Shown: in pieces, positions 1 to 12,374 of the stretch
How positions within the stretch are numbered: the first letter of the stretch is position 1
Layout: every line of letters begins with the position of its first letter
Source of the DNA: Callorhinchus milii
Taxonomy: Eukaryota
Reading direction: 5' to 3'
DNA: 64,000 nucleotides
Assembly: GCF_018977255.1 (NCBI RefSeq)
Contig: NW_024704743.1
Location: 63,924,001 to 63,988,000 of the forward strand
Made by a program: the position numbers and the translations under genes
The notes under the pieces: generated by a model
What the model saw: only the letters and a program-made list of their open reading frames with translations
Database searches by the model: none
Told to the model about the DNA's origin: nothing

Positions 1-285
1 GTGTAAAGCACGGTTGAAGAGGAGTGTCTTGAGGCGGGTTTTGAAGGAGGCAAGGGAGGGGGCGAGGCGGAGGGACTGCGGGATGGAGTTCCAGAAGGTG
101 GGAGAAGAGTGGCAGAGTGCCGATGGTGGGGCGGGCGAAGCGGGGACATGAAGCCCACTAAATGGAGGGAGCGGCTAGGTTGGTAGGAAGTGAGGAGGTT
201 GCAGAGGTAGAGGGGAGCAACAACAACAACGTGCATTTACACAGCGCCCTTCACGTGGGATAGAGTCTTGGAGTGCTGTTCTCAA
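1..285 (-). mobile_element. L2-clade LINE 3' fragments
   Basis: Homologous to the end of the 50.3-51.6 kb L2, with a (CAA)n tail at ~218-230. Confidence 0.8.
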
Positions 286-666
286 AGCACTGATAGTGCC
301 TCGGTCCGTACCTCCAATGTTGAAATGATTTATACCAGGGTTTGTAATCTGGAAGAATGAGTACTTTCTTCATTTGAACCTCTCTTCCAAATTTGTACCC
401 TCTTGTTCCAATGGTAGCAATAGGAAGCTTCTGCATGGACTACTAAAGGACAGATGATGAGTCTTCATCATTAGTGTGGTTGAGAATTCAGTGTATTTAA
501 TAAAACTTTTCTTCTTTTAATTGCAACAGACTTGCTGATAAGATCATATAAAAAACTTGTCTATAATAGTTATGAAACCATGGTTTTCAACAGCAAGCTT
601 TAAGATATACTGATACACAAATACTAGGCCACTGCTCTATTCCCACTTTGTGTGGTGCGTTTCTAC

Positions 667-981
667 AATAATAATAATTCTTGCATTTGATATAGCGCTT
701 TTTCACGTCTTCTAGACGTCTCAAAGCGCTTCACAGAATATGCTGTAAAGTGAATTGACCGAATATCTTTTGGGCGAAATGCGACAGCCAATTGCGCACA
801 GCAGTGTCCCACAAACAGTCATGGATTGAAAATGACCAATTTATTATTGTTTTGTTTTGGAGGGATTATTATTAGGCGTGTGGAGTAAGGAAACTTGCCC
901 AAGGTTTCGCCCTGACTGGAATTGAACTCAGGTATCTCACTTGCAAGGCGAGTGCTTTAACCACTGAACTACAAGACTCCA
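667..981 (-). mobile_element. tRNA-derived Deu-type SINE, full length
   Basis: GGAGTC..TAGTTCAGTGG A-box head, B-box, GCTGTGCGCAATTGGCTG core, L2-like tail and (ATT)n end. Confidence 0.9.
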
Positions 982-1839
982 AAATGAGTTTGATGAGACA
1001 CATACTAGGCTCATTGTATACTAGGCCTGGCGTGGAGCACCCTCCACACTGGATGGCGTCCCAGAGTACTTAACAATTGTGACCTTCACGAGCGCTGTCT
1101 CTGTACTGTGGGCAGGGCGGAAACCAGACTGGAGGGGTTCGAGTAGGGAATGAAGGGAGAGGTGTGCTTTCCTATCTGATGTACTTTACTGATGTGTTTT
1201 CCTCTCACCTCCTATCACTGGCTTTAAAAGGTGAAATTAAAATAATTATATTATTGTATCCACAAGTGTAGAAAGTTGAATTATTAATGTAGGAGTATAA
1301 AAGTCTTGAACAATGTTTCCCTGTCAACACAGCACTGGTGAAAAAGTAAAGATCTGTTTGAGGTGATGATAAGATTCCTGATATGCAGTCCTGAATGAGG
1401 GCCTGGAACAAAGTTATGGGGTTTTCACTGCCTTATATACAAAACCTGGTGATTATCATAATCTGAAGAGGAGGGTTACAATATTTGCTCCAAGTTATTT
1501 TAAAAATAGATGACTATTATACATGGTAATTATATGCAAGTAATTGCAATTGGCATCATTTTATTTGTAGACTCATTGTTCCTTTCAATGCCCTTTGATT
1601 TTCCACAGCTGCTGAAAACCTTCAAATCTCATCAAGACCAGTGAAGATGAGGAAATTGTGGCAACGTTTGCCCATCAATCATTACATTTTACAGACCAAC
1701 AAGTAAACTGCTCATTGTTTATAAAGTACAATGTTTTAACATTCTGTATAATATGCCCAATGCAGGTAATGGTTTCAAGAATTATAAGCACAATGTATGG
1801 GCAATATTAGTCAGAATGCATTGTAATTTTGCAACAGAT

Positions 1840-1950
1840 ATAATAATAACCTTACATTTGATATAGCGTCTTATCACATCTTCGAGACGCTTAATGCGCT
1901 TCACAGAATATGCTTTAACGTGAATTGACTTTATTTTTGTGAGAGAAACA
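1840..1950 (-). mobile_element. SINE 3' fragment
   Basis: Matches the tail of the full-length SINE copies. Confidence 0.7.
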
Positions 1951-2997
1951 TCAGCGAAATAGACATAAATATATACAAAGAATATTATTTATTTGGCAGT
2001 ATATGAATAGAATATCTGAACTGTATAACATATAATCAGGTCCACACAACATTAACATAGCTGTCATTTGATTCAGCATAATAAACTGATGTACATTAAT
2101 CAAAGCCAAACAAACAGGAGGAATCCCCACTGATATTCAAAAGTGATGAGTGCAGTGGAGAAAAGCATGCCCCCCCTCTTTTGAAGAAAGCCTTCAGTAA
2201 GTGGGGAAACCAAGTCTGATCAGGACACTCATCCCCAACAGTGAATTTGATACTATTGTGCAAAGTTACTGATAACATCTTCAAGTGAAAATGTGGAATG
2301 GAAACATTCATTTTTTGTATTTTACCTTTCATGCAAAACAATGAGTTTTCCCTCACGCTTTTCTATATTTTTATATTTTTCAGATTCTGAAGCTACAAAA
2401 CAGCAGCTGACATTAATGGGGAAAAGGCACAGCATTCCGCCCATGTGAGTTTTGACTCAACAGGAAAGATTGTGCTTCAAGAACTATCCATTTAAAGTTC
2501 ACAACAGATAATGTCACAAGATCAACTTATAGTCCTCCTTTGATACCCTCAACGATTGGTCTTCCTCGGTTATATCTAAATACATTAACCTCTAGCCAAG
2601 GAAACGGCTTTTAGTTAATACAGGCCCCCTGTTAGTTATCCTTTTGTGAAGACTTCTTTCCCCATCTGTTTGGTACTGTGGTTATTTGCTGCTATTCCTC
2701 GTTCTTCTCCAACAGCACGGCACCCATTGTATAGCAGCAGCATTGGTTAAATGCCCATCTAGTACAGAAACATTAAAGCAGCTTAACATTGTGCCACCAG
2801 AGGAATCACATAACTAAACTTTAAAAAATATTTAAGATTTTTGAATGGCAATAAAAAATTTTGAAACTTACCATAAATGCTGATCTTTGAACGAAATATT
2901 GCCTTTCTGGATCTGCCTCCAATATTCTTCTTTTAACAAAAACAGAAGTCGCTGGAAGCACTCAGCAGTTCAGGCAGCATCTATGGAGAAAGGAAAC

Positions 2998-3036
2998 TGA
3001 GTCAACGTTTCGGGTCCACGACTCTTCGTCAGAAGT
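2998..3036 (-). ncRNA. Minimal hammerhead ribozyme motif (minus arm)
   Basis: Minus strand reads CTGACGA-A-GAGTC-gtg-GACCC-GAAACGTT, with one stem II mismatch and a palindromic AACGTT stem III region. Stem I is weak. Confidence 0.55.
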
Positions 3037-3043
3037 TCAGTTC

Positions 3044-3081
3044 AGTTCTGACGAAGGGTCGTGGACCCGAAATGTTGACTC
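3044..3081 (+). ncRNA. Minimal hammerhead ribozyme motif (plus arm)
   Basis: CTGACGA (3048-3054), extra A, stem II GGGTC-gtg-GACCC, GAAA (3069-3072), TGTT, and short stem I AGTT/GACT. Confidence 0.65.
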
Positions 3082-4043
3082 ACTTTCCTTTCTCCATAGA
3101 TGTTGCCTGGCCTGCTGAGTGCTCCCAGTGACTTCTGTTTTTGTTTTCAGATTTCCAGCATTTGCAGTACTTTGTGTTTTGTTCTTCTTTTAATGTCTGG
3201 TTACATCTTGCATTAAATAATGTACCTGTTGCTGCATTCCATATCTATTGAATTTTTAACTGAAATCCCAATTATAGAAATCAGTTTCCCAGACCATTTC
3301 GAACGTGCAATTAATTGGTTTCCCAAACTCACTGTTAAATATAATGAAATAGAAGTTCAGAACATCATACATTAAACTAAAACTACTCTTACTGGCAAAT
3401 CAAGCATTCTGCAAGTTTTTATGTACAGTACCATGGTATTGCCACTAATTCTGATAAGAAGTTGAGTTTCAGTTCAGCAACCCTCTTCGGTCTCAAAACC
3501 CATAAGCTCCCAGTAAATTATTAAAGAAATGCATGTTAAGAACGTTATCAAAATACAGACATCAAAATTAATATTCAAATGAAACTGTCAAGGCTTTAAA
3601 TTAAAAATATCTAAAACTAAAAGTGCTTTACTTTGAGGTCACATCCAGCAATCTCAACAGTATGCAATAATCTAACATGAAGGACACATCTGATGGAAGT
3701 GCATTAAAAATGAATCTTAATTATTTATTGTGGAAGCACTTTGCTGACGAAAGAAAAATTGTGTTTTAGGTGCATTTTTTGCAGACAAAAAATGGCACTA
3801 TAGCCAGGTGACTGTAAAACTGGAGACAAAAGTGTTCAGGAATGTGATTAGGCCATACAAAACTATTGGTCATATTGCCCTATCATGTCAGTGAGTCACC
3901 ACGAGTGTCTGTTAAAAGCTAGTTGTTGCCAACAGTGATATTTTATACCAGCACTGCAATTCAGCCAGTTACAATCAAGAATCTAAAGAAGTGCTATAAT
4001 CTTCATCCAAGATATTATAATCTGCTGAAGAGAAATATCGTAC

Positions 4044-4703
4044 CTGCCAGCTAGAGTCTCCCTTGGGACATAGAAGTCTTCTCCTGCCAAATAAGCAGCT
4101 GCTGTTCCTCCTCCAAAGTATATTTTTTCCAGCAGATGTCTACTTTCGTTCCTTACCAACAGAGCTCCAAGGCCTGTTGGGAACCCAAAGATTTTATAAA
4201 ATGAGATGGGGATGAAATCCGGCTGATGAGAGGTAAGGTCAAGTGGTGAGGTGCTCACAAAAGAGGCTGCATCCAACAACACAAACCATTTCCCAGAGAT
4301 TCTGTTAGAAGGATACATATTTCTTAATTTAATGTCCTTTGTCCATGTAAGTGGATATTTTGTCCCTGAAAAATTGCTTTGGGCAGGATAGCAGAATAGA
4401 TGATTAATATGACAATCTTCTTCCTCATCCAGAGCGATGCTGTTAGTCAGAGGATAGTCTTTTCGTTCTAAAATCTCCTCTGGTTTTACTGGCATGGCAA
4501 GAGCATCATTTAGAGTAGCTAGTCCTCTCATACCCACAACAGATGTATGGTTGTCAACCAGGTAGCAAAAACAACTTCTGGAGTTTCTGGGTTTTGCACG
4601 TGTCCATTGGAAACTCTCCGCAACAAGCTTCAGTGCAGCTGTGCTTCCAGAGGTGAATATGACACTATATTCTTCAGGGCTGGTGTTGAAGTGCTGTAGA
4701 ACT
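4044..4703 (-). CDS. MOCOS: MOCOS coding exon 4 (660 bp, RVLQHFNTSPEEYSVIFTSGSTAALKLVAE...FYVPRETLAG/R)
   Basis: FTSG, DNHTSVVGMR, PAQSNFSG, LDAA and SFYKIFGFPTGLGALLV motifs. The PLP lysine codon is at 4193-4195 (residue 266 of the spliced product). tctatag acceptor and AG|gtacga donor, phase 2-2. Downstream exons lie outside the window. Confidence 0.97.
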
Positions 4704-4744
4704 CTATAGAGAAAAGAGACACAAAAGTTAAGAAGAGACAAATT

Positions 4745-4920
4745 ATAATCTTGCATTTATAATCATTTTTGCATTTGATACAGTGCCTTATCACATTGTT
4801 GAGACATCTCGAAGCGCTTCAAGAATATATTGTAAAGTATGTACTGACTGTATATTTTGTGGGCAAAACGTGGTACCCAAAAGCACACATCAGTGTCCCA
4901 CAAACCGTCCTGGATTGAAT
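4745..4920 (-). mobile_element. SINE 3' fragment just upstream of the MOCOS exon 4 acceptor
   Basis: Core and tail similarity, with a duplicated TTGCATTT tail end. Confidence 0.75.
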
Positions 4921-5704
4921 GGAGAAGAATGAGCCAAAGATGGCAGAGAGAATGAGGAATACAAGAAAAATCAGGGAGCCCTGGTGACAGACAAAGTATC
5001 CTGGCATTTTCTTTTATGTCCCTAAATATTAAATGTAAGTATTGTCCTGACCAATATTCTGACTAATTTCTCTCCCCTCCTTATCCCCTATAAAACAGCA
5101 CATTCATTGCATTGTTTTGATCAATGCCAGCAGATAGGCTGTTTTGTTTGCCTGTAGAATAGTTACCTCCAAGGAAAAGATACCTAAAACAACAGGTTGT
5201 TAATGCTACAGAACTTGTACATTTTCTCCCCTTTGTGAAATAATTATTACATACCGTTTTCCTTTCATTATTCTACACGATTAACAACACAACTACATTT
5301 ATACAGTTCCCTTCATGTAAGAAAGTCTGAAAAATGTTAGTGCAGCACCAATGTCAAAAGTGTAATACACCTATCAGTGAATTGGTCATAAAACAATAAG
5401 TCATAATCAAGAGCTTTGTATCCAAGAAAGAATTATAAAGAGGATGTCTATATACAATACTGTATACATAATATACACACATACATATATTGAATTGTTT
5501 ATATCTGTACACCCTTTTCTTTTAATTGCCTATTCAATAAGCATCTCAGGAAGAATAGATATGTTTAACTTTTCAATAAACACGACGAATGATTTTAATT
5601 TGACTAACCGCTGCACTTTATGTCAATGAAAGTGTATGATGGGTAACTCAACAGAGATGGAGTATTTTCCATCATTTTATTTCAACAATTCCCTTCTAAT
5701 GATA

Positions 5705-5805
5705 CTAATAATCCTTGCATTTGATATAGTGCCTTATCACGTCTTCTAGATGTCTCAAAGCGCTTCACAGAATATACTGCAAAGTGAATTGACAGTATAT
5801 TTTGA
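5705..5805 (-). mobile_element. SINE 3' fragment
   Basis: Tail similarity. Confidence 0.75.
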
Positions 5806-6404
5806 GAAACACAAGGAAAACATAATTTGCTCTTTAAAATATGCTGAAAAGGCAGAACTATGCAGATTTATTTTCTTCATCTTAATCCTATAAAGATATC
5901 GCTATTGACAAAGGTCTAATCAGTTTATTAATAGTGGTTACCTTCACATTAGCTTAATGGCCATAAGCCAGGTCGCATACCTCTGCAGTACGCTTTAATT
6001 ATTAATTAGCAAGCATGGACATATTTAAAGTCAATACATCAGTTTTGGTAATTGACCCAGTTTATGATAAACACGGATTTCAAACTAGAATTCCTTATTA
6101 CAGGAAAGAAAGTGCTTTAACAAAGCAACTGTGGATTTTCAGAACAGTATATTGATCGCTGCAAATGTAATCAGTTTTCTTGCTAAATTACTTTAATTTT
6201 TTGCCACAATCATACTGTTTCGAAGTTTCTTAAGATTGTAATTTATTTAGCTATAAAAATATCCTCAAATTGTACCACTGTAGGCTGGTCCCATTTTAAT
6301 GAACTGTTTACTTTCCATCTCTAATACGACATAGGAAATATGAAAAAAAATCTAAAATGAGGGCAAGACTCTTTGACATTTTTATGTATTGAAATTTTAT
6401 GTAT

Positions 6405-6765
6405 GTGCCTTATCGTATTGAAATGTCTCAAAGCGTTTCACAGGTAATTATGGTTAAGGGTTATCTGTTTTTGTGGGCAAACATGGTAGCTATTTATTCC
6501 AGCAAGGTTCCGTAAACAGCAATGAGATGAATAACCAATTAATGTGGAGAATTGTTGCCCGGGACATGGGAGAAAGACTCATCTTTCGAATAGTTTCTTG
6601 GAATATTTCACTTCATTTAATATTGGATTGAGACTTAATTAATGACAGTAGGCAAACTTTGGTTTAATATATCCTCAAAAAGGATGGCACCTCCAAAATG
6701 CAGAATTCTCCCCTCAATCTGAGGTCGAACCCACAACCATGAGGTTAAGAGTGCTACCAACTGAT
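6405..6765 (-). mobile_element. Old, degenerate Deu-type SINE
   Basis: Degenerate B-box (GGTTCGACC on minus), core and tail. Confidence 0.5.
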
Positions 6766-6927
6766 CAAAACAAGAATGTTATAAACTTAGGAGCTAATAG
6801 GCATAGTATTTGATTTCATGGTCTTGGGAAATTAGGTTGCAGAGTAAGGTCCGAATTCCCCACCCCAGCTATGTTTAATGATAGGGATAAAGAAAGGAGA
6901 TTCTTAAGATTGTTAAGACTAATCCTT

Positions 6928-7930
6928 CTTTTTGGTCAGTGTTGTGTGACACGTGCGGACACCCATCACCATTTTTTAACTGTATCCAAACCATTTGAGA
7001 GTGTCATGTATGCCACCTACACCTGGAAATTCCTGTCTTTGGAATGGAACCCATCCTGTTTATTTAATTCTGAAAAGTATTAGGCACCGATTGGCAAGAG
7101 TCAAGACTTGGGGATGCCAGAGTGTTCTGCTGGAGTTTAACTATTGAAAGCACTGTCTGACAAGCTTTCCCATGTTTGTCCAGCTTGGACTACCCTTATC
7201 CATTAGGGCTGTGGCTTAAGGGTTCACAGGAGATGAGTGGGAAGAATCCCTGCCCCCAGTGTCTGCCTCTTTAGGTCCTACCGAACCGATGATCTTATTG
7301 GCTGGTCTGTCATAAGCAGTATCCTGAAGCAGTATTGCAGCAGAAATGTGTTGGACCCATAACCCAGAGGTAGAGTCGATCATGTCATCCTCCTCCACTA
7401 CCTTTTCTTCTTCATCCACCCCAGTGGGACTGCACACACTTGGTTCAAGTCCTACATAACCAACAACCATCATTTCATCTCTGTAAACATTTTTTCCTCC
7501 CACTCCCGCCCGGTCACCTGGGGTGTACCTCAAGGCTCCATCCTTGTCCCCCTTCTTTTCCTTATTTACATCCTCCCTCTCTGTAATGTCATCTGCAGAC
7601 ATGGGGTAAACTTACACATGTATGCGGATGACACACAAATCTACTCATCCACCTGCAACTCCAGGTCTGCTGTTGTTCTTTCAGCTATGTAAGCAATTCC
7701 AGAATTCTGGATTGCTTGAGTTGACCAAAGCGTTGACTAAAGAAAAATCGCAGAGACTCATGGACCTGTTTACCTGTTTACTTCAGGAAAAGTGTTTGCC
7801 TCAAGTGTTTGAAAGCCAAGGACAGTGGAAGCATGTTTCTTCAAAATAATTGTGGGATAAAGACTTATTTTGAATCAAGCTGTTGGAATGTTGATAAAGT
7901 TTGTCCGTGGTTTGCAGCTGGTGTACAAAT
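6928..7930 (-). mobile_element. Third copy of the CCHC-type LINE (pieces ~6928-7345 and ~7695-7930), split by an L2 fragment
   Basis: Reverse complement matches 52250-52480 and 52950-53330 in collinear order. Confidence 0.7.
7365..7680 (+). mobile_element. L2 LINE reverse-transcriptase fragment
   Basis: Degenerate GVPQGS.L.PLLF and YADDTQIY. Confidence 0.8.
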
Positions 7931-8893
7931 CTCTTCACACCCGGGCACCTCCCTAACTCTGCAACCAACTTATCCCCCATAAATTCAAGTGGTTGATGCT
8001 GTTATAAATTATAAACACTTATTTCATTTAGCACATGTAGCGGCATTATTACAACAATCCTTCAAGTCCATTCAAGAAAATGAGGCCATCTTCTGTCCAG
8101 ACAACTCTTCTCTTTTTAAATGTAATAAATCCACTAAATCTGCTGATCTGGTGAACACACAGCCTCACAGTGCACAGAACATACAGTATGTGCCTCCTAC
8201 AATTCGATCAAATATTTATCAGCAAACTCACAGATGATTAAACAAGCATTATCATTTTAACAGTTTCTCTGATGGCGATCTGGTTTGTTTTTCTCCTGCA
8301 GTTTATAATCACAGCCATGGCTCGTGTGTGGACCTCGGGGTATTTTAATGGCAATTTTTTTTCTTTAAATTTATTACCTTACAGTATGCAGCAAAGAAAT
8401 ATTTGCTCCATTATTTATCCTTTCAAAGAAACAAATGAATCTTTATTTTTAAAAAGGAACAACCAGACTTACCCAATCGCTTAATCCTCTGAAATATTTT
8501 ACATTCTATGAGGTTTACCTGGATCACTATTGTTTGGCTGTCAGCAAAAGCACCTCCAAAGTAAACATATTTGGATTATGTGTCACACACCCTGGGAGAT
8601 TTAGAATTGTATCTGATATCTTATCAGAGCTGACGTCTCACTTGGCGATGAACCATACTTGGGTTTCCATGGAGAAAAGAGGCTCCTTTGCTGGCATGCA
8701 CGCAGAAATAATGCTTTCAATACAGGTCTTAAAGTTTTGTGACATGTAATCTATAGTGCATTATGCAACGAAAAACCATGTAAACCCAATACAAGTAAAT
8801 CAAAAAAAGAAGGAAATAAATATTCAGGAAAAACGCCTAAGCAGAAGCTTGTTTTTCTAGTACCATTTTCAGCCCCACCGCCCCTCACCCCAC

Positions 8894-8917
8894 CACACAC
8901 ACACACACACACACACA
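8894..8917 (+). repeat. (CA)n microsatellite
   Basis: Directly visible. Confidence 0.95.
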
Positions 8918-10737
8918 GCAAATCTACCTGAGGAGTGAGGAGTAGGAAATTGAAGGCTGCCGCCAACACCAGCTGCGACATAGCCACGGAGCAGCGTGAA
9001 TCAGCACCTTCCCTTTTCCATGAAAATCTCTAGCCCTTTAAGTCAGCCAGTCCGCCACTGCAGGTGGCGTCCTTACAGCCAAGAAACTGACCTTGATAGG
9101 ATCAGAAAGTCTCTTTGGCCAATAACATATTTGAATGTTAGGAGTTTGCTGCTCTGCAGAACTTCATAATTGATACAAAACAAAATTACATTTGTACAGT
9201 GCCTTTCACATCAGGAGGACGTCCCAAGGGGCTGGACAGTCAAGGATTTAGATCCGAGCTGGGGGGGGTGGGTGGGGGTGTATCTCTGTCAGTAGATGCA
9301 TCGTGCCACAGTTTGAACATCATGATATGGAGACGTATACAACTCAATAGCAATTAGTGGCGATAAACTTGAACTGTAATGACAAAACGCACATGGAAAA
9401 TATTTGAAAAGATTCATTCAAAACCTAAACTATGCACAATGTATTATTGGAGATATTTGTGAGTAAGTTCATTCAAGCCTGTAACTTGATGGTCGGGGTT
9501 AAGTTATATAGATATAGCTTAACCTCAACAAAGATTAAATGAATACCACTAATTTCCCATAAATGGGTATTCCCATTTAACTGAAAATAGTTTTCCAAAT
9601 CCTTTAGATGCATTACAGTAATTAGCCAAGATTGGAGTCATACAGTGGAAGTTATCAGATTCATGACTGAGGACACAGATATCAGAGGACACAGGCATCA
9701 CCATCTAGAGCTTATCATGTGTGAGTTACTTCCTGCCAAGAGGGACTAGACAAATATCTATAAATTTACAGGTGGAAGGGGGAAAGGCAAGTAAGTGGAA
9801 CTGAATGGATTACTGTTCTAAATAGCCATCACAAATATACAATTTACATTTAAATTGCACCTTTTGCATCAGGAGGACTTCTCAAAGGGCTTGAAACCAC
9901 TGGTTGGGCACCCAAACTATGGGGGAGGGGGGGGTGATGGGAGATGACCAAAAGTGCAGTAGGTTTTCAGGCAAGCTTTATACGTGGTGAGGGGGCAAAT
10001 CAGAGTTCCAGAGAGCAAAGGCAGAATGGCTGTAAGCTCACCTGCCGATGGTGTTGTAAACTTCTACAGTTTTACAGATGGCATCTCTGTAAATTTTGCT
10101 GTCTGAATACTTCAGGTTGACAATTAACTAATGGATCAACAAACTGTTATTTCGTTTGGTGAGAGGGAAGGAAGAGAGGAAATAATATGTCTTTATATTT
10201 TGGCAGCCAGTGTTAGCATTGAGCATTCTCAGATCAGTTACAGCATGGGTTTGACAATGATTTATGGATTCTGCCCAAACAGCTGAGAATAATCTCAAAA
10301 AGTTGCAATTAAAAGTACTGAAACAGTACACCATTTTCACTTCAAGCATCAGGCACCCATATGCTTTCTGAGTTAGTCTGCCAATTAATTAATGCCAACT
10401 CACAGGGTGATTTGTGCTTTGAACTTGCACCTATTGGAAACGGGATGGACCCTTGCACTTTTCTTGCACATCTCACCAACCTCATTTCACTTTCCACATT
10501 TACATTCACAGTTGGATAATACTGGTCCCCCACCAGTCAAAGCTAGATTCAAACCCAGGTTTCAGATGTAAAAGGGCAATCTACTAGCAATCCAGTTTTG
10601 TGCCATTAACATACCAGTGTAGAAATCATTCAGTCAGACATTTTGAATATAACGTATTGCTCTGCTACGTAAAAAAACAGGAACAGTGCCTTCAATATTT
10701 ATACTGTTTATACCATATATCTGATTGAGAACATTGC

Positions 10738-11078
10738 AGAGCACTTGCCTCGCAAGCGAGAGACCTGGGTTTGATTCCCAGCAGGGCAAAATGTTGGGCA
10801 AGTTTCCTTACTCCACACGCCTCTGTTTACCTAAGTAGGAACTCGGTTGTTAGTCGATTGTAGGATCACTTTTCCAGGGGTAATAAGTCCTTTAAAAAAA
10901 TAATAAATTGGTCACTCAATCCACGACTGTTTGTGGGACATTGCTGTGCGCAATTGGCTGCCGCGTTTTGCCCATAAAATACGCAGTCAATTCACTTTAC
11001 AGTATATTCTGTGAAGCACTTTGAGAGATCTAGAAGATGTGATAAGGCACTATATCAAAAGCAAAGATTATTATTATT
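10738..11078 (+). mobile_element. tRNA-derived SINE, long subfamily (extra central segment)
   Basis: Head, GTAGGAACTCGGTTGTTAGTCGATTG segment, core and tail. Confidence 0.9.
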
Positions 11079-11172
11079 AATACAAAAGCGAAAATTTGGC
11101 TTATTTATTTACTTGTGCTAACTACATCACAACAGGTTCTTGAATTTGTTTTGTGTGACAGTATTATCAAGA

Positions 11173-11560
11173 AACAACAACTTGCATTTATATAGCGCAT
11201 CTTAGAGTGTTTCACAAAGATTGGGATGGTGGGGAGGTGGAGGCCGCGGGGAGAACAAGATAGTCATAGCATATTCGAAGAGATAGGTTTTGAGGCAGGA
11301 CGTGAGTCAAATAGAGAAGCGGGGATAGAGAGAGGGAATTCCAGAGGTTAGAAGGGTGGATTTGAAGGCTTGGCCACCAGTGGTAGCATAAGGGGCCAGG
11401 GAACACACAGTATGCCCGAGTTAGCTTAGTAGAGAGGGGAGACCAGGTGTAGGAGAAGCTCAGAGAGGTAAAAAGATGCTCGAGGTGTGGAGAGATTTAT
11501 TGGTGAGAGTGAGGATCTTGAAATCCATCCAGTGAGAGTCAGGGCACCAGTGGAGTTTGG
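11173..11560 (-). mobile_element. L2 LINE 3' fragment (old)
   Basis: Tail and ORF2 C-terminal similarity. Confidence 0.7.
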
Positions 11561-12374
11561 CAAGGAATGGGGTGATGGGCATACAGTGTTTGGTGCCAAC
11601 ACCATCTGTCCAGCCCTAACAAAGATGAAACAGCTCACTATTATATACGATGAAGTGGAAAATGAACATTTATAATATTTCCATACTATACTGGTAAGGC
11701 TGTTAAACTGTCAACTTGTATGAATATACAAAGTGATCATGGCATACATTCAAGTGTCAACTGTTAAAAATGCTTAGTAAAAGATCTCTTGCACGTTCAT
11801 TCAACAATACAATCATTTATCGAATCCACAAATTAAAACAGCCTTGAATTTGACAATCTGGGATGTGTAAGATCCAAGAATGAACATATGACGTAGTGGA
11901 ACAGGCAATGAGAATGTACATTTAAGAACGGATTCATAATGGAGCTGATACTGAGGAGACCTGATACTGTTCATGACCAGAATCAGTGAGTGACCTTCAA
12001 GAGCAAACTGTTATCAGCAAAGCGAGAAGTTCAGCAGTTAATTACAAAGGATATGCTTTTCAAAGGCTGTCGTGCTAAAACCATGTTAAAGGCTATTTGA
12101 AAAGCTTCTCAGCAGCCTTTAAGAGGAAGACATCAACTTGTACAGATAAAAAAAAATCTTACCAGCAAAGCATACTTCATCAATAATGCAAAATACAGCA
12201 TTTCTCAAATACCTCAAAATGGCAGCCCAAGGTCACAAGGGATCACCAGTTAATAGAGAAACAGTAAGCCTGCTGAATGAATTGCATCAACAAATTCCCT
12301 AAATAATTAACTGCTTTTAAAAAGAACCTAGATTACAAAACTATTCAAGAAGTGAAAGTACAAAGTTCTAGTGC

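Larger units (their letters stand above)
2937..3181. mobile_element. Penelope-like element pseudo-LTR in inverted (palindromic) arrangement with a 12-bp target-site duplication
   Basis: Arms ~2937-3034 and ~3046-3143 are reverse complements. TTCTTCTTTTAA is repeated at 2925-2936 and 3182-3193. The same sequence sits next to the GIY-YIG remnant at 27.6 kb. Confidence 0.85.

Noticed and set aside
1..4043. MOCOS exon 5 (expected FEDGT motif)
   Set aside because: No matching sequence found by eye. It probably lies left of the window.
3983..4756. 257-aa ORF as a complete gene
   Set aside because: Only 4044-4703 is exon. The ends are intronic read-through.
8600..8981. Nested signal-peptide gene (MSQLVLAAAFNFLLLTPQ spliced to the 8750 acceptor)
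   Set aside because: The spliced product is short, resembles nothing I recognise, and its phase does not fit MOCOS exon 4. Kept only as a regulatory candidate.
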